A stretch of DNA of 57,032 bases from a virus (Duplodnaviria > Caudoviricetes), in IMG/VR virus record IMGVR_UViG_3300017963_000310, positions 1 through 57,032 of that record. One strand, written 5' to 3'. The notes beneath the pieces were generated by a model that saw only the letters and a list, made by a program, of their open reading frames with translations, was not told where the DNA came from and ran no database searches. Below, piece after piece: positions 54,649 through 57,032 of the stretch (the first letter of the stretch is position 1; each line of letters starts with the position of its first letter). The translations under genes and the position numbers were made by a program.

Positions 54649-55281
54649 ATGGCGTTTGACTTCGAACGGATTATCGCGTTCGCACAGCGGTTTCAGCAAC
54701 AACCCTTAGGTACCGAACTGGGGTTCGTGCTGTCCGAGTGGACGTCGGGCGAACCGCTTGGCTTAGAAACGGCGTACCCGGCTGTGCGCGAAGACTTGCC
54801 ACCAACCGAGGACGCGCCAGCTAGCCGGGCGCGGCAAATGTGGGCCCGGCTCAACGGCGGGCCCTGGCAGCAGGTGATTAGCGTGGGGTCGGTGACCAAT
54901 GTTGGCCTGGGCCGCGTGGGCGTGTTGACTGGCGGCGTAGGCAACAGTATGGAGATCATACCCTGGCCCGCAAAAAACGTCGCGGTAGCCTGGGTCATCG
55001 CCCCTACCGCCACCATGAGCCAGATCAACGCAGACCGCGCCGAGGGCGTGGTCTTAATCCGTGTTATGGTCAACGAGGGCGACGGCGACAATCCTCTCGC
55101 ACCAGAGGAGCCATTCACCCAGGCACAAGTGGCTGTATTGGGCACCTGGCTCAATGATCACAGCATCACCGATGCCGAGTTCGCCGACCTGTTTGATATC
55201 TCGGCTTCCGAATTGGCGGCCTGGCTCAAAGGGCACCCGCGCTGGCGGTTCGCCCAACAAATTCATAACCGGTTTGGATAG
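54649..55281 (+). CDS. Hypothetical protein
   Basis: 210-aa ORF with AGGAG RBS. Confidence 0.65.
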   Translation: MAFDFERIIAFAQRFQQQPLGTELGFVLSEWTSGEPLGLETAYPAVREDLPPTEDAPASRARQMWARLNGGPWQQVISVGSVTNVGLGRVGVLTGGVGNSMEIIPWPAKNVAVAWVIAPTATMSQINADRAEGVVLIRVMVNEGDGDNPLAPEEPFTQAQVAVLGTWLNDHSITDAEFADLFDISASELAAWLKGHPRWRFAQQIHNRFG

Positions 55282-55293
55282 AGGAGCAATACA

Positions 55294-55617
55294 GTGGAGT
55301 TACACGAGAACGCAATAACCGTTTTAGAGGCGGCGCTTAGCCTGGGCGTTCCGGCCCTGGTTGTGTTGGTGTTTGGCATTTTGGGGGCGTTGGGGCTGGA
55401 GCACGTCGTAGTGCGCGCTAAGGCTGTGGCCCGATCGCTTAAGAGCGCAGTGGACGAGCCCACTGACCCGCTAGTGGTGTTAGCGGAGCATTTGGCCGAG
55501 GCCATTCTGCAACGCGACGTAGACCCCGAACTGGTGCAGCGTGTGCTGGAAGCCTTACAGCAAGCGGCGGCCCAGCCACCGGTGGAAGTCAGCCTCGAAG
55601 AGACCCTTAAGCTGTGA
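55294..55617 (+). CDS. Holin-like single-TM protein
   Basis: N-terminal TM; GAGGAG RBS; precedes putative hydrolase. Confidence 0.5.
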   Translation: MELHENAITVLEAALSLGVPALVVLVFGILGALGLEHVVVRAKAVARSLKSAVDEPTDPLVVLAEHLAEAILQRDVDPELVQRVLEALQQAAAQPPVEVSLEETLKL

Positions 55618-56894
55618 CTCGTCGGGTAGGCTGGTTTATACTGGGGGCGGTGTGTTATGCGGTGGTGTCTTTCGCGGTTCAGGCATGGGCCGGGGGAGAG
55701 GGCGACCCTTTCCTGTGTTTGTACCAAGATGGTAGCTGGCAGTACACCTCGGCTTCGTTACCAACGCCGACACCGAGCGCGACGCCAGCGCCGGTGGCAT
55801 CAGCGACGGTAGCGTGGCCTACGCCGACTGTCGAGGTAGGGCCACTACCTACCTCGACACCCGGGCCTACGCTGCCACCGCCCGACCGGCTATGTCCGGG
55901 CCGAGCACTGGTTAACCTTAACCTGCGGGTGGCCCCTGGAGTGGACGAGGCGTGGCTGGGTACTGTGCCGCGCGGGGCAGGGGTGTGGGTACTGTCTGAG
56001 CCCGTCGAGCACGATGGTGATGTGTGGGCTTACGTGCGCGCCAGTAACGAGCTCGAAGGTTGGGGCGCGGTGGTGTATGGCGGTACGGTGTTTTTGTCGT
56101 ACTCGTGCGATACCGCGTGGGGTGTGCATGTCGACCCCGGGGCTAACCGGGACGAGTTGCTACGCTTCGGGAGACAGCTACAAGAGGCCGGACGGCTGCC
56201 AACCGCCACCGTGTATGGCGCACCACAGACCGCCAACCTACTGTATGACGCGGGCTGGCTAGTGCTGGCCCGCCCTTTTATCGGGGACTGCCCATTCTTT
56301 AATATGGGCCCTGAACGCAGCGCCAGTGAGTGGGTCGATCGTGCGGTGGTCGACCTAGAACTCGTGCGCTATGACTGGCTAGTGCTAAGCAACGAGTGCC
56401 TCTTTCCAGATGCCGAGTACGCGGCGGCCTGGGTCGCGGCGGCGGTGCGCCGGGCTGAACGGCGGGGCATAGACGCTTTGGTCCCCACCGTGTTCGGTAC
56501 CGGGGGACCCGAGCTAAAAGACGTCCCAGCCTTAGCAGCCGCCCACCACAGCGACACGATGTTGGTGGGCTGGGGCCTGAACAGCTACCCGTTTTACGAC
56601 GGGGTGGCGCTCGACCAGTGGGACAACCAAACCGCTTGGACCACTTTTAGGCTGTTCTTGTACCAGGCGCAGCTGGGCGGCCTGCCGGTGTTGGTTACCG
56701 AAGTGGCCCGCTCTTGGGGCGAAGACGCGCCGGTGTGGGACGAATACCCGGGCTGGATACGGGTGTTTGACGGCATGGTGCAGGCAGTCTGCTTTTGGTA
56801 TACCGCGGGGGTCGACCTGCCCGCCTGGCGTGAGGCTAACCTGGCGGGCAAACTGGACGCTTTGGCCCAGGTGTTACTGAACTACACCTCGTAA
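55614..56894 (+). CDS. Secreted SH3b + glycoside-hydrolase-like protein (putative lysin)
   Basis: Signal-like N-terminus, PT-rich linker, NLNLRVAPG..GW (SH3b), LSNEC and PVLVTE (TIM-barrel GH-like). Confidence 0.6.
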   Translation: MTRRVGWFILGAVCYAVVSFAVQAWAGGEGDPFLCLYQDGSWQYTSASLPTPTPSATPAPVASATVAWPTPTVEVGPLPTSTPGPTLPPPDRLCPGRALVNLNLRVAPGVDEAWLGTVPRGAGVWVLSEPVEHDGDVWAYVRASNELEGWGAVVYGGTVFLSYSCDTAWGVHVDPGANRDELLRFGRQLQEAGRLPTATVYGAPQTANLLYDAGWLVLARPFIGDCPFFNMGPERSASEWVDRAVVDLELVRYDWLVLSNECLFPDAEYAAAWVAAAVRRAERRGIDALVPTVFGTGGPELKDVPALAAAHHSDTMLVGWGLNSYPFYDGVALDQWDNQTAWTTFRLFLYQAQLGGLPVLVTEVARSWGEDAPVWDEYPGWIRVFDGMVQAVCFWYTAGVDLPAWREANLAGKLDALAQVLLNYTS

Positions 56895-57032
56895 GACAAG
56901 TCAAGACTATTGCTCTGTGTGTTAATCAACTCACTTTGACAAACAAGTCAAGACTATTAACACACAGCATAATCAACTCACTTTGACAAACAAGTCAAGA
57001 CTATTAACACACAGCATAATCAACTCACTTTG
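56894..57032. repeat. Right-hand part of the 47-bp tandem repeat
   Basis: Same unit as 1-212; variable blocks TGCTCTGTGTGT then TAACACACAGCA twice; last 11 nt equal nt 1-11. Confidence 0.95.

Noticed and set aside
1116-56894. Stop-codon reassignment suggested by frequent TAG words
   Set aside because: Long genes are intact in the standard code and several end in TAG with tight coupling to the next gene.

Overview
The window looks like an essentially complete, probably circular or terminally redundant, GC-rich tailed dsDNA phage genome with a siphovirus-type layout and no recognisable integrase. Both ends fall in the same AT-rich 47-bp tandem repeat, and the last 11 nt equal the first 11 nt. 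The left arm (215-26.7 kb, minus strand) carries a replication and nucleotide module plus about 30 small early genes driven by repeated sigma70-type promoters, most with a GTAC-N4-GTAC operator. That module comprises an SNF2 helicase, VRR-NUC nuclease, PurZ/PurZ0-like synthetase, a MazG-like/deoxyribosyltransferase fusion, family A polymerase, a decayed adenine MTase, SSB/Sak4/exonuclease, primase-helicase and an XRE regulator. The right arm (27.4-56.9 kb, plus strand) encodes terminases, a portal-MuF fusion, a protease-capsid fusion, a glycosylation cassette, tail genes with a -1 frameshifted chaperone, and lysis candidates. The most notable signals are: (1) a candidate 2-aminoadenine (Z) DNA pathway with a non-canonical accessory enzyme and no visible DatZ; (2) a 112-nt mini-tmRNA consisting of the tRNA-like domain only; (3) two dense arrays (4 + 8) of GAAC-N4-GTTC LexA-type boxes; (4) an array of 17-mers in both orientations at the divergence point. 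All protein calls come from motif recognition by eye, without database searches.
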